Positions 1 through 10,146 of a DNA stretch of 64,000 nt are shown one piece after another. Under the pieces are notes generated by a model, which was not told where the DNA came from, ran no database searches, and saw nothing but the letters and a program-made list of their open reading frames with translations. The position numbers were made by a program, and so were the translations under genes. The number at the start of each line of letters is the position of its first letter. Within the stretch, counting starts at the first letter, position 1. This stretch comes from Epithemia pelagica (lineage: Eukaryota > Protista > Bacillariophyta), in NCBI GenBank assembly GCA_946965045.2, contig OX337230.1:3534001-3598000 (forward strand), read 5' to 3'.

Positions 1-1243
1 TAGTTGTCGTTGAAGTGGGAGTAATGTGCGCATGCTGGTACTGGCAGCGATATATTCTGCCTCCATTGTAGAGAGGGCGATCTCGGTTTGCAATTTGCTT
101 GACCATGTCACAGGGGAACCGCCTAGAGAAATCAGGAAGCCGGTACGCGATCGTACACTAGAAGGATCTTGGGGGTCGTCGTTTCCCCAAATTCCGGCGA
201 AATCTGCATCCACAAAACAGTCGAGATTGAGATCTTTCGAGGGCTTAAGTTTTAAGCCTTGATCACTTGTGCCCTGTAAGTATCTTCCAATTCGTTTTAA
301 GGCTTCTCCGTGTGTCACTCGTGGATCGTTGCTGAATCGTGCTGCTTGGTGGATCGCAAAAGCACAATCTGGACGAGTATTGTTCCCAAGATACAATAAC
401 ATGCCGACCACGGAACGGTAGTTGAAGTCTTCAGAGAAAGGAGGCTTGTGTTTGTCTTTGCCGAGTGTCTTTGTCGCGGGTGTTTTCTTTGGAGAGCTAT
501 CGTTGAGTCCCAGTGCTGAAATGATACTGCGAGTGAGGTGTGGTTGTGTGAGTGTCATGCTGCCGTCGCTCGAACGGGTAATCTGAACTCCGAGGTAAGT
601 GGGCAAGTCTCCGAGGTGGTCAAAATCCATTTTCAATTTGGTGAGACCGTGTAACAACTCATCGACTGCTGCTTGATTTACTCCACAGATGATAGCATCG
701 TCGACGTATGTCACCATGATACATCCAGCCTTGCAGAAGAGACAAGGATCGTTGCCGTCCGGTGTGAGTCCAAGTGTTTCAAGCCGTGTTTTCAGGTAGT
801 CATACCACAGTCGTGGTGCTCGACAGTCACCGTACAAGCTCTTGTTTACTTCAAGGATTTTCTCACTGTGGCCTTGCCCGTAGCCGGAAGGTAAATTGAC
901 GTAGATGGGCTCGGGCAAACTGGATTGGACGAAGGCATTTTTGAAGTCGATTGAGGCTGTAACCAGGTTGTGCTGCAGTGATAGAATCAACAATAAACGA
1001 ACAGAGGGCCAGTCAATGACGGGTGCGAAAGTGTCCTCCTTGTCGGAGGTAGCCTTCTGTTGGTCGCCTCGAACCACCAGGCGTGCCTTGTAACGGGAGA
1101 TGGTACCGTTGGGGAGACGCTTCCGTTTGAGTGTCCACATTGTATCTACAATCTCTTTGCCTTTGGCGTTGCTTCGTGGGACAAGACGAAAGGTCCCTTT
1201 TCCTTCCAATTCATCCAATTCACGGTCCATGGCGATGAACCAT
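1..1243 (-). pseudogene. pol: Copia pol RT/RNase H part, frameshifted from the integrase ORF at about 1243-1250
   Basis: Manual translation is open from KWFIAMDRELDELEGKGTF to the window edge. Adding one A to GAACAAAGAAATGG would restore the frame, so this is either a mutation or a homopolymer sequencing error. The ORF track misses it because no stop falls inside the window. Confidence 0.9.
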
Positions 1244-1655
1244 TTCTTTGTTCCTCAGGAGTCATCCGTGGTAAATCGAAGTAGGAGGGGTTGTCGGCGT
1301 CAAACGATTTGGAGGCGAAGTAACGTGGATCCCAATCATCAATCAACTGTTGAGCGGTAGTGGCTTGGAGAGAGAAGGATCGATCGTTGAGGTAGCACGG
1401 TTCGCCCAGATCAGGGTCGCTCCAGTGAGTCCAATCGAGAGCGTTGGCCATGGTAGCGAAAGTGGAGGCATCGTTGTTGACAGATGTGGTTGAAAAGAAG
1501 AAATGGGCGTTGTGGACAAAGGTGCTGTGGTGACGAAGGCAGTGCGTACTCCAGCTGCTGTCGTCGGACGGGAGATCGAAACGAACGTGGCGTTCAGGGT
1601 CGGGAAATCGTCGTGTCTGGGAACGATTGCGACGAGATCGACGTGGTGCCGATGG

Positions 1656-1785
1656 TTCCAACTGTGGCTCGCCCGTTTCGTTTGGGAGTTCCAACTCTGG
1701 CTCGCCCGTTTCGTCGATGGGTTCCAACTGTGGCTCGCCCGGTTCGACCGGAGGTGGAGGTGGTGGTTCCAACTCTGGCTCGCCC
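1656..1785. repeat. Four copies of a TTCCAACT(G/C)TGGCTCGCCC unit (mostly 33-bp spacing) in the integrase-RT linker, encoding GEPQLE-like repeats
   Basis: Copies at about 1656, 1689, 1722 and 1767. Confidence 0.85.
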
Positions 1786-3429
1786 AACTCCAAAACGGTG
1801 GGTTCCAAGTCATGTCCTGGTGGGTTGCCAAGTGGGAACTCTGTCTGTACTTGTGGTTGTAGTTGTTGCTCGCCCTCGACAGCGTGAGGATCGGACGGAG
1901 GGAGCATGGTGTCGATGTTGGAATCACTTGGAGGCAACCAGGATGGGTCCAAAGGTGGCAAGGGACCGTCAATGCTGGAATCGTGGTCATCAAGGTAGTG
2001 GTCACGTGTGACAAAATCGGGAAAATCAGCGCCGTCGGATGGTGGTGTCCAATTGCTGTGGACTGTGTGAAACAATTCATCGTGGACGACGTGAAATTGT
2101 GGACTGATGTGGTTGGTAGTAAGATTTCGAATCAGGCCCACCGTCGTCGAGTGCTGGTTGGAGAAACCCAAGAATTGTCCTTGGCGGGCGCGAGAGTTCC
2201 ATTTTGGGAGTTTCTTGCCGTCTTGGATACGTGGATCAAGTACGTAGGAAGGGCAGCCCCACACGCGGAGACGACGAAGTTGAGTACATGGTTCCTTCAA
2301 CCCGGTAAAGATTTCAATGGGAGACAAGGTGGAGTCTTCAGTGGGAGTGTGGTTGTAGATCCACGTGGCGTAGTCCAATGCCATGGGCCACAATGTCGGA
2401 GAGAAACCATCAGGCCAGTGAAGGTGGCAATGGATCATCATGGTGCGAGCCATGCTCGTCACGGTTTGTATGGCCCTTTCTGCGCCCCCATTTTGATGGT
2501 GAGCGCCGACGCCCGAAACGGTGTGGAGTGGTGGTGGTGTTTGAACCCGATCGGCGCGGAGAGATTTCTCAAAGGCAGTACTTGTGAGGATGCCATTGTC
2601 GGTGTGATAGCGACGAATGGTTCGACCAACCTGGGAGGCGAATGTTTCGAACGTAAACTTGGACCGAATCGTGTCGCTGCCTCCAAGGGATACTTGTGGA
2701 TAGACGAAAATGGCTCTTGAAGCGTGATCGAAAAATAGGGTGCCGCCTGTGAGATGTAAGTATCTTGGTTTTGGGATAAAGGGTTCCGAATCAGTGTCGA
2801 AGCCGAGGGAATCGATCAAGGTAATCCAACGTGGAGAGTCTGCAACGAAGAATGTCTCAAAAAGTTGACTGGCGACCTGTGTATCGGTCAAATTGTTCAC
2901 ATACGTTTCCCATAATTCGAAATGTCGTCGTGCTCGGAGATGTTTGCGTCGAATCTCGCCCCAGAACCGAAAAGGGCGTCGAAAGAGTTGACGACCGAGA
3001 GGGTATGTACTAGAAGCGAAACGAAGTTGACGACGGTGAATGGCACAAGTGGAACTGGGAGTGAGAGCAATGGCGTGGTCAAGGATCAACAGCCGGGAGT
3101 CGAAACCGCTTGGAGGAAAGGCATGAGGAAGTAGGAAGTCCGAATCGAGCCGAGCCAAATAAGGAGGAAGAGAGGACACAGCCGTGGGAGCAAAGAAACC
3201 AGTTACACCAATCAACCAAGAGTCGCAGACCGTCGAAACGAGAATCCAAAGGTAAAAGAGAGAACCAAGTCGTCGCGTCCGAAGGGAATGAAACCGAGTG
3301 TGAAGTAAAGGAACCAACAATAAGACTGTCAGAGTGAGGACCAAGGGGCCGAACTAGGACCAAAAGTAAAGGCTGGACAGGGACCAAAGGCCATGGCACC
3401 ACGACAGAATCTCCATGTAAGTGGGAAAA

Positions 3430-3473
3430 GGGGCGTGCGAGCACTGGAGAGATGCTCGCCCCATTAAAAATCC
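3430..3473 (-). promoter_or_regulatory. Candidate -1 programmed ribosomal frameshift signal at the gag/pol junction
   Basis: G GAT TTT heptamer (3473-3467) just before the gag TAA, a 7-nt spacer, then a GCGAGCA/TGCTCGC stem with a 9-nt loop. The -1 frame is the pol frame. Confidence 0.6.
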
Positions 3474-4870
3474 CGTAGGCGAAGAGAGGACACCGAAGCC
3501 GTCACACCGCTCGGAGAAGACGTCGAAGGTGAAGAAGGGGCAGTATCGGAGCCGTCATTCGGAGACGAGTCAGCAGCAGTGGTGGTATTGGCTGAATTGG
3601 TTGTTGTCTCGGGTGCATGGGCTTGGGTACGGCGAGCCTTGACTTTCGACGGATCGTGGCGAGATGTACTGTGGTTGCCCCACCGGCCCAGACCATCTTC
3701 AGTACCATTGGGGCATAAGGCACACCACCAAATTTTGCGATCCTTGTTCAGTGGGTGAGGGCGCCAGTTGGGTTCGCCGTCCTTGGGAGGTGTCGTGTCG
3801 ATAGGAAGACGGTTGCGACGACCATTGCCAGAGTCTGAAGTTTTCTTGCTGTCGGACAGTTTCTTGCTAGAACTTGTGAAGGAAGAGCTGTCATGGCTAC
3901 TCGTGGGTAACCATTTGTCGGCAAGTAAAAGGTCATTGTACTTGAGGATCACACGTTCACGGAGAGCCACGAAATCAAGAAGAATCGGGTCGTCATTGTT
4001 CTCGAGATTGTCCAAAAGACTCACGAACTTGGGAACTGTGCAAGTTTGTAGTTGCACAAAGAAAATGTTGGCAACGTCCTTCGGGACATGGCCACTCACA
4101 TTGAGGCGCATAATAGCGTTGTTGAACGTGGCACAAAAGTTGGGAATGTTTTCGCCGGGATAGTCGGTTACGGAGTGAGATTCCAAACGGCGAACAATGT
4201 GACGGGCAGCTTCGTGGGTAGTGGACATCATCTGGTTGAGTATCATGTGGAGGATGAGCGGTCCGCCTTGTTCATTCTGAGGGATTGACACCAAGCGATG
4301 TTCAATATCAGAACGAAGCGTTGAATCACACGAGGCAAGTAGCATCTCCTGTGTCCAGGACAAGTTCTGAGGATGAATCTTCTCACTTGTGTTCTCAGCG
4401 TAAGCTTGGTTGCTAAGACGGACTTGGGCCTCAGAAATGGTACAAGCGGACTCAAGCAAGTCTGTAGTAGCCCTGGATTCGTCAAGCGTGCCGGTGATCG
4501 GGTCGATGGGAAGGACCTGAAAGACGGATTGCATGCAATAGCTAGTTAAGCGCCCCTTTAGGTTGAAAAGTTGCATCATCACCTTGTTGTTATTCCCGAA
4601 GAAATCAGTGTCTTCCGTGATACGAATGCTGGCTGTTTCCAGAGTAAATGGAGGTGAGAGAGCAGTCACGGCTTCGTTGCGAAACTCAAACAGGTTCTTC
4701 CCGCCAAGGGACTCGCGATACTTGGGCGTTACCGTGTCGGCGAAAGCGCCAAGTTCAAAGACGCGATTCTTCTTTGCCGTAAACGTGATTCCATTGATCG
4801 TAGCGGTGTCGCCGCCCATGGTCGGTTCAGCGGCCTTTGTAGGCGTGGAGAAAGGGGTGTTAAGCTTCAT
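3464..4870 (-). CDS. gag: Copia Gag (468 aa from the likely ATG at 4870)
   Basis: ATG in an acaacaacaATG context downstream of the PBS. Gag-like core (LSWTQEMLLASCD...QGGPLILHMIL...DYPGENI) and a C-terminal WWCALC...WGNHSTSRH zinc-knuckle-like motif. The longer ORF call to 5593 crosses the LTR and is incidental. Confidence 0.85.
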   Translation of the reverse strand: MKLNTPFSTPTKAAEPTMGGDTATINGITFTAKKNRVFELGAFADTVTPKYRESLGGKNLFEFRNEAVTALSPPFTLETASIRITEDTDFFGNNNKVMMQLFNLKGRLTSYCMQSVFQVLPIDPITGTLDESRATTDLLESACTISEAQVRLSNQAYAENTSEKIHPQNLSWTQEMLLASCDSTLRSDIEHRLVSIPQNEQGGPLILHMILNQMMSTTHEAARHIVRRLESHSVTDYPGENIPNFCATFNNAIMRLNVSGHVPKDVANIFFVQLQTCTVPKFVSLLDNLENNDDPILLDFVALRERVILKYNDLLLADKWLPTSSHDSSSFTSSSKKLSDSKKTSDSGNGRRNRLPIDTTPPKDGEPNWRPHPLNKDRKIWWCALCPNGTEDGLGRWGNHSTSRHDPSKVKARRTQAHAPETTTNSANTTTAADSSPNDGSDTAPSSPSTSSPSGVTASVSSLRLRDF

Positions 4871-5163
4871 TGTTGTTGTTCTTGAAAGTAGCTTCAGAGA
4901 GTTTTCAGGTACCAAATGTTGCTTTGGTTGTGCAATGAGGACGTTCCGATGAAAACTGATTTGTGAAGCGGTCGTGAAAGTGGTAGATTCAAAGGAATCT
5001 GAATCACACTTCACCTTGAAAGGTAGCGGATACAATCGGTTGGGAGTCAAGGGCTTTGTTTTCTTGAGTCTCTCCACGATTCGAGGGTTAAGTAAAGAAA
5101 GAGAACCTTGCATGTTCCAAAGCGAGTATGTGAGAAAGAGTATCAACACCCAGCGGTAGCGTT

Positions 5164-5176
5164 TGGGCTCATAACC
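5164..5176 (-). promoter_or_regulatory. Primer-binding site complementary to the anticodon-loop half of initiator tRNA-Met
   Basis: Minus strand reads CA|GGTTATGAGCCCA directly after the LTR end. This matches the internal tRNAiMet priming site known from Drosophila copia-type elements. Confidence 0.85.
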
Positions 5177-5454
5177 TGTCGTTGTGTTGGTATTTAAGGA
5201 GGCGCTCGCTTTGAGGGAGTCAGGAGTGATGTTAATGGCCGTAACCGCTTGGGGTTGGTCATTGTCGGGTCTTTCGTTTGGAAGGTTCATGGTTGGTCCT
5301 AATAGTGGTGGAAGTAGAGATACGTTTTGGTAGTGTTTGAAAGTTATGATATTACGATTAGGTCTAAGAGGTGATGGTGAGTGCTGAGGTCGATTTTGTA
5401 TGTGGGAATTTATGAGACAGATGTTTTTCTGTCGGACAGATGTTTGTTCCGACA
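5177..5454 (-). repeat. 5' LTR (278 bp) of the copia element
   Basis: Plus strand starts TGTCG (5177) and ends CGACA (5454), a 5-bp terminal inverted repeat with TG...CA ends, and it directly abuts the PBS. The second LTR is outside the window, so it and the TSD (next 5 bp are TTGAG) cannot be checked. Confidence 0.75.
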
Positions 5455-5965
5455 TTGAGCGGACAATGATAGTAATCATTAACGTTACTTGAACAAACCC
5501 GAAATCGCACTGCGAACTAACGATCATTCGGGTTCTCTGGTATATACGAAAGGCACTCGAGCGAAAATGATGGCAACAGCACAACGAGCGCAAACTTTCC
5601 CCCGAGAAGGTGGAGTGTTGGAAGCGGTGACGCCCTTCGACCGATTCAGAACCTAGCTAGAATCGCTACAATTTCGTTTCGAATGGGTGGGAAACGGTGT
5701 GCTTTTCCGAGCGGTGTTCCATCCGTCCCGCCAGAACCAAGAGAGAGCACCACGCGTCTGTCTGTTGTGGTCGCCTCCCTTCGAATTGGTTGTGCATCGA
5801 TACAACCCTTCGTCATGCGAACGGAGAGTCCGAAAAATAGCTAGAATCACTACAATCTATTCAAATCTGCAGAAAACGGTTCCATTTAAAATTGTTATTC
5901 CAGAGGAAGCCCTCCCATCGCTCGCTCTCACCATGTGCCATTTCCTGGACAGCGTCGTTTGGTTG

Positions 5966-6592
5966 TTACCAGACGCCCTGATCGAGGGGCCAGCCCGCGA
6001 GGGCCCGAACTCCCTGCGATTCGGCCGGCACAAAGGCCAGCTCGGTCCCGTCGGCGGGATCCAGGACCACCAGGGCGGGAACCCCCGACCGACGCCCTTG
6101 AAAGCCGAGGTTCATCATCTCCGATCCGGACCACACCCCAAAGGTTTTCTTGCACTTCCGTGCCTCTTCGAAGGGCACGCAGGGCATGCCCAGGGCCCCG
6201 GCCCGTGCCACCGCCTCGGCCTCGGACCGATCCGACGGGACGTAGATCAGTGCCACGGGCGTGCCCGCATCGTCCGCCGCTTGCGCAAACCGCTGCAGCG
6301 CCGGCTCGAAGGAGGTGCACATGGGACACCAGCCCGCGGAAAAATACAGGGCCACCCGCTTGCCGGCCAGGTCCTCGGCGAGCTCTTTGGATTCGAGGAG
6401 GGGCGCCAGCGAGGCCAGGGCGGCTTCGGTGGCGGCCATGTCCCGGGCGATGTCGGTTCGACGAGGTCCCGGCTCGGAACCAGGATGGAACGGCCGGGAG
6501 AGGAGTGCCATCGCTCCCTGGTACCATTCCGTCACAGCCACAAGAGTAAGAAGCAGCAGCGTGGGAAGCCTGCGACACCGACGGGAGAGCAT
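5966..6592 (-). CDS. Thioredoxin-like redoxin (nucleoredoxin/tryparedoxin type) with an N-terminal signal-like sequence
   Basis: VALYFSAGWCPMC active site, ALIYVPSDRS, GVPALVVLD. Likely ATG at 6592 (MLSRRCRRLPTLLLLTLVAV). Confidence 0.85.
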   Translation of the reverse strand: MLSRRCRRLPTLLLLTLVAVTEWYQGAMALLSRPFHPGSEPGPRRTDIARDMAATEAALASLAPLLESKELAEDLAGKRVALYFSAGWCPMCTSFEPALQRFAQAADDAGTPVALIYVPSDRSEAEAVARAGALGMPCVPFEEARKCKKTFGVWSGSEMMNLGFQGRRSGVPALVVLDPADGTELAFVPAESQGVRALAGWPLDQGVW

Positions 6593-7105
6593 CTTGATCG
6601 TCGTCGATTTTGTTGGGTGGTCGCGAAGAGTGTTTCCAACGAGAGAACGATGCCACGAGAGAGCACGGCTGGAAAGTTCAATGGATGGATGAATTCGGGG
6701 AAATGCAAGCCTCCACTCTAGTTGAGTTTGAAAAGGACAAGGTAGAGGAACACGAAAGGAAGACGGCCGAGGCATCTCTTGCTAGTAGAGAGACTTGACA
6801 TCGCCTCACGGGAGGTGTTTGTTTTTCTTTTTTAGGGGCTTGATTGGTAGATCAATGAATGAATGCGTCAGTCCGAAACAATCAGTCCCGCAGGGGCAGT
6901 CCCGATCCAGGAAAATGGGTCGAACGAATCCATCATCCAAACGCGTATCAAACCGCCACCAAACAGGCCTGGGGATCGGAGCTCGTGCCGAAGGAGAACG
7001 CTTCAACAATCTGGTGCTAGTACATTTAGGGATCTTGCATTCCCGAACCGCGTCTTCTTTCAATCACCGTGCGCTACGGCCCACACTGGCAATATTGGGG
7101 CAATA

Positions 7106-7307
7106 CATTCGAAAAAAATCGCAGCCCTGCGAATGAAAGTCGAATTTGGTGGCTTGAAAATCCAATCCGAGTCTTCCAAAGCTCTATTCGTTGCTCTCAC
7201 GCTATCATTCGAAAGAAATCGCAGTCCCGCGAATGGAAGTCGATTTTGGTGGCTTGAAAATCCAATCCGAGTCTTCCAAAGCTCTATTCGTTGCTCTGAC
7301 GCTATCA
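7106..7307. repeat. 100-bp tandem duplication (2 copies, a few substitutions), non-coding
   Basis: CATTCGAAA(A/G)AAATCGCAG...TTCGTTGCTCT(C/G)ACGCTATCA occurs at 7106 and 7206. Confidence 0.9.
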
Positions 7308-7583
7308 AAGTAACGTGCCTTAAATATTCCAACAACGTACTGATGACGATTTCCGAAACTACGAAGAAAAGAACGAGACTGCATTCAGACACATACAGAA
7401 CTTCAACCTCACTTATTAGCAGGCCTTGAACATCGGTGCAGTAAGTAATTTCTGAATCACATAAACCCTCACGACAAGAGAACAACGCGTTTTGGAGGAT
7501 CGCTTTCCCAAAAGAGAAGAGGATGACGTAGCACCACGAAGGGAACGCTTCGCTTTCAACAATACCGCGCTTTCATATGCTCG

Positions 7584-7671
7584 CGTTCCGGGAAGGGAAT
7601 CAGATGGCGCAAAACCGCGAAGGGAACGTTCCGGAAAGGGAAATAGATGGCGCAAAACCGCGAAGGGAACG
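7584..7671. repeat. 43-bp tandem duplication upstream of the secreted repeat protein
   Basis: AGATGGCGCAAAACCGCGAAGGGAACG occurs twice, 43 bp apart. Confidence 0.8.
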
Positions 7672-7862
7672 ATCGACTTTCAATGAGTAGACTCGTTTGC
7701 CGACCCGAGACTACGATCAACAATCTTGTGAAGAACTTGTCGCAAATCGCATGAAAACAGGTGGGCTACACCCAACGCACATAATTTTGAATTTTCATCA
7801 TCGAAATTGCAACGAAAACGAAAATACTCGACGACTAAACCGCCCCGAACAAACCGCCCAGC

Positions 7863-9374
7863 ATGTTGACATTTCGTGGTCTCCTGTGCATCACGATGAT
7901 GCTCTGCGTCATCACTCTTTCCGAGACAGCCGGAAAAGACACAAAACACTCCAAGGCAGGCAAGAACTCCAAGAAAATGAAGAAGAAGGATAGCCAGGCA
8001 CCAAGTGATCGACCGAGTAATTTCCCCTCGGCCTTTCCCAGTGATGATCCTTCGTCCCATCCGTCTGCTTCACCCTCTGCCTCTCCTAGTGATAGACCAT
8101 CACTCTCCCCATCTGGGGAACCAAGTGATATCCCCTCTGATACTCCAAGTGATAGACCATCACTCTCCCCATCACAGGAACCCAGTGATGTCCCCTCTGC
8201 CTCTCCAAGTGATAGACCATCACTCTCCCCATCATGGGAACCAAGTGATATCCCCTCTGATACTCCAAGTGACAGACCATCACTCTCCCCATCACAGGAA
8301 CCCAGTGATGTCCCCTCTGCCTCTCCAAGTGATAGACCATCACTCTCCCCATCATGGGAACCAAGTGATATCCCCTCTGATACTCCAAGTGACAGACATT
8401 CACTCTCCCCATCACAGGAACCCAGTGATGTCCCCTCTGCCTCTCCAAGTGATAGACCATCACTCTCCCCATCATGGGAACCCAGTGATATCCCCTCTGA
8501 TACTCCAAGTGACAGACCATCACTGTCCCCATCATGGGAACCCAGTGATATACCCTCTGATGCTCCAAGTGACAGACCATCACTCTCCCCATCACAGGAA
8601 CCCAGTGATGTCCCCTCTGATGCTCCAAGTGATAGACCATCACTCTCCCCATCACAGGAACCCAGTGATGTCCCCTCTGATGCTCCAAGTGACAGACCAT
8701 CACTCTCCCCATCGGGGGAACCCAGTGATGTCCCCTCTGATGCTCCAAGTGGAATTCCACAGAAGCTCGGGTTAAGATACGTCGGAGTAGTCTATTACAC
8801 GTATGATAGATGTAGTTATTACCATGGGTACGAAAATAAGAACATCATCTTCAACGACGACGATGGTAATTGTGCGAATGAGAGTTGTGTGGCAGGACCC
8901 TACCGGCCCCTCTACCGGTTATTTTGCACTGGCAGCTCTCTTCCTGTGATTCCACTTGAACGTTCTTGTACAGCTAGATTATCATCTGTTGGTCAAGGTG
9001 CCGACGCCAACTGTTGTGATGCCGGCAGTTCTCCTTTTTACCGCATTGATACCGATGTGGTGACTTTGGATGCGACTGGTGGTTCCATCCGCTATGTCTA
9101 TAGCGCTCAAGCAATACCCGGTGGAAACAATGCGGGTGACTGGTATGACATAATGGTTCAATTGCTCAGAAAAGAAACGGGCGGGCGGCAGCTCGTTCTT
9201 GAAGGTTGTGTGGACTACCGGGGTGAAAACGTTGATGGATACAGGGGTTCTTTTGAGATTACCCGTCCGGGTAATTATTTCGTCCGTTTTGTTGTGGGTT
9301 CCTACGATCGAAGCAACGGAGGCCTTCTTGGTGCCGAATTCCAGCTGCATGATGTTGTGTACACCCCGAACTAA
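7863..9374 (+). CDS. Secreted protein: signal peptide, Lys-rich segment, Pro/Ser/Asp repeat stalk, Cys-containing globular C-terminal domain
   Basis: Hydrophobic N-terminus, KHSKAGKNSKKMKKK, 11 x 20-aa PSDRPSLSPSxEPSDxPSxx repeats, then a beta-rich-looking domain ending GNYFVRFVVGSYDRSNGGLLGAEFQL. Confidence 0.8.
   Translation: MLTFRGLLCITMMLCVITLSETAGKDTKHSKAGKNSKKMKKKDSQAPSDRPSNFPSAFPSDDPSSHPSASPSASPSDRPSLSPSGEPSDIPSDTPSDRPSLSPSQEPSDVPSASPSDRPSLSPSWEPSDIPSDTPSDRPSLSPSQEPSDVPSASPSDRPSLSPSWEPSDIPSDTPSDRHSLSPSQEPSDVPSASPSDRPSLSPSWEPSDIPSDTPSDRPSLSPSWEPSDIPSDAPSDRPSLSPSQEPSDVPSDAPSDRPSLSPSQEPSDVPSDAPSDRPSLSPSGEPSDVPSDAPSGIPQKLGLRYVGVVYYTYDRCSYYHGYENKNIIFNDDDGNCANESCVAGPYRPLYRLFCTGSSLPVIPLERSCTARLSSVGQGADANCCDAGSSPFYRIDTDVVTLDATGGSIRYVYSAQAIPGGNNAGDWYDIMVQLLRKETGGRQLVLEGCVDYRGENVDGYRGSFEITRPGNYFVRFVVGSYDRSNGGLLGAEFQLHDVVYTPN
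8085..8750 (+). repeat. Coding minisatellite, 11 x 60 bp, with a partial 120-bp higher-order pattern
   Basis: Units align line by line in the 60-bp display. Variants alternate W/I/DT with Q/V/AS, then switch to DA variants. Confidence 0.95.
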
Positions 9375-10146
9375 TGGAGGTACAGCACGGCAACTCTCTC
9401 GGACAAGTCCCCAGTCATCGTTTACATATTTACATATTTACATATTCCCTCGCCTTCCCGCGGCAATCACCAAAAGGACAAGAAGACCCGCGTGGCGATT
9501 GTTGTGCGCGGGCTCTCGTGTATTTCTTCTTTTTTTTGCATATCACAATGAACATAGTACCTAAAATACATAATGAAACCTTAGTAACACTCCGAACTCC
9601 TGCCCGTACAAAATGGATCTGATTGTGGAGGTGCGCACGATGGATCGAGACGATAGAGGTTGGCAGAGAAGTGTTGTGTGTGCACACACTTGGGTTTTTT
9701 TTTCGACCCCACACTAGCCAGGGGCGTTCCCGGTTCGCGCGGGTTCCGGCCGCAAGCCATGTGGGACTGTTTCGCGCGGTTGACGGAGCGTCCGGCGCGC
9801 GGGTCGTGCCGAGAACTCCGTTGGGATGCCAACGATCGCGAGCCTCGTGGGTGGGGTCGTGGAAGGGGTTCGCTCGCTAAAATTCCCGCTGGAGCCCGTT
9901 CCGATGGGTCGCCGATGGATTCCCCATGCGCGGGTTCGCTCCCGCCGCCCATTTGGTCACAGTGTCAGAGACTCCGTCGCAAGCCTGTTTATTTGTGCCA
10001 CTGTTTCCCAAATTCTTCCACAATCGATACCAGTTTTCATTCGCTCCTTCCCAAAGCAAGCTGCCTCGGTGAATAATTGATTCGACACAATCCCTGTTTT
10101 GGAGCGATACCGAAGAACACCCAAAAACATCCCACGCACACACACA

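Larger units (their letters stand above)
1146..3473 (-). pseudogene. pol: Copia pol, N-terminal part and integrase (in-frame TAG at 3356-3354; protease active site and HHCC finger apparently missing)
   Basis: The integrase DDE core is present in ORF 1146..3344. The frame runs up to the slippery site with a single TAG. No D-[ST]-G protease motif or HHCC finger is seen upstream of the core. Confidence 0.85.
1..5454 (-). mobile_element. Ty1/copia LTR retrotransposon (diatom CoDi-like), disabled copy; 3' end lies beyond the left window edge
   Basis: Order on the minus strand is LTR, PBS, gag, integrase, RT, RNase H (copia order). Integrase motifs: FFDHAS, YHTDNG, HHQNGGAERAI. RT motifs: IDFKNAFVQ, SLYG, YVDD (697-708). 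RNase H motifs: VDADFAG, TEIALSTMEAEY. Confidence 0.95.

Noticed and set aside
4871-5593. N-terminal 240 aa of the 709-aa ORF 3464..5593
   Set aside because: It spans the 5' leader, PBS and LTR. Gag most plausibly starts at ATG 4870.
5652-5860. Two copies of TAGCTAGAATC(G/A)CTACAAT about 185 bp apart beside the LTR
   Set aside because: Too short and isolated to assign; not part of the LTR.
8085-8750. Regular 60-bp repeats resembling a CRISPR array
   Set aside because: There are no unique spacers; the units are contiguous in-frame coding repeats in a eukaryotic gene with no cas genes. The overlapping ORFs 8005..8775 and 8086..8760 are shadows of the repeat.
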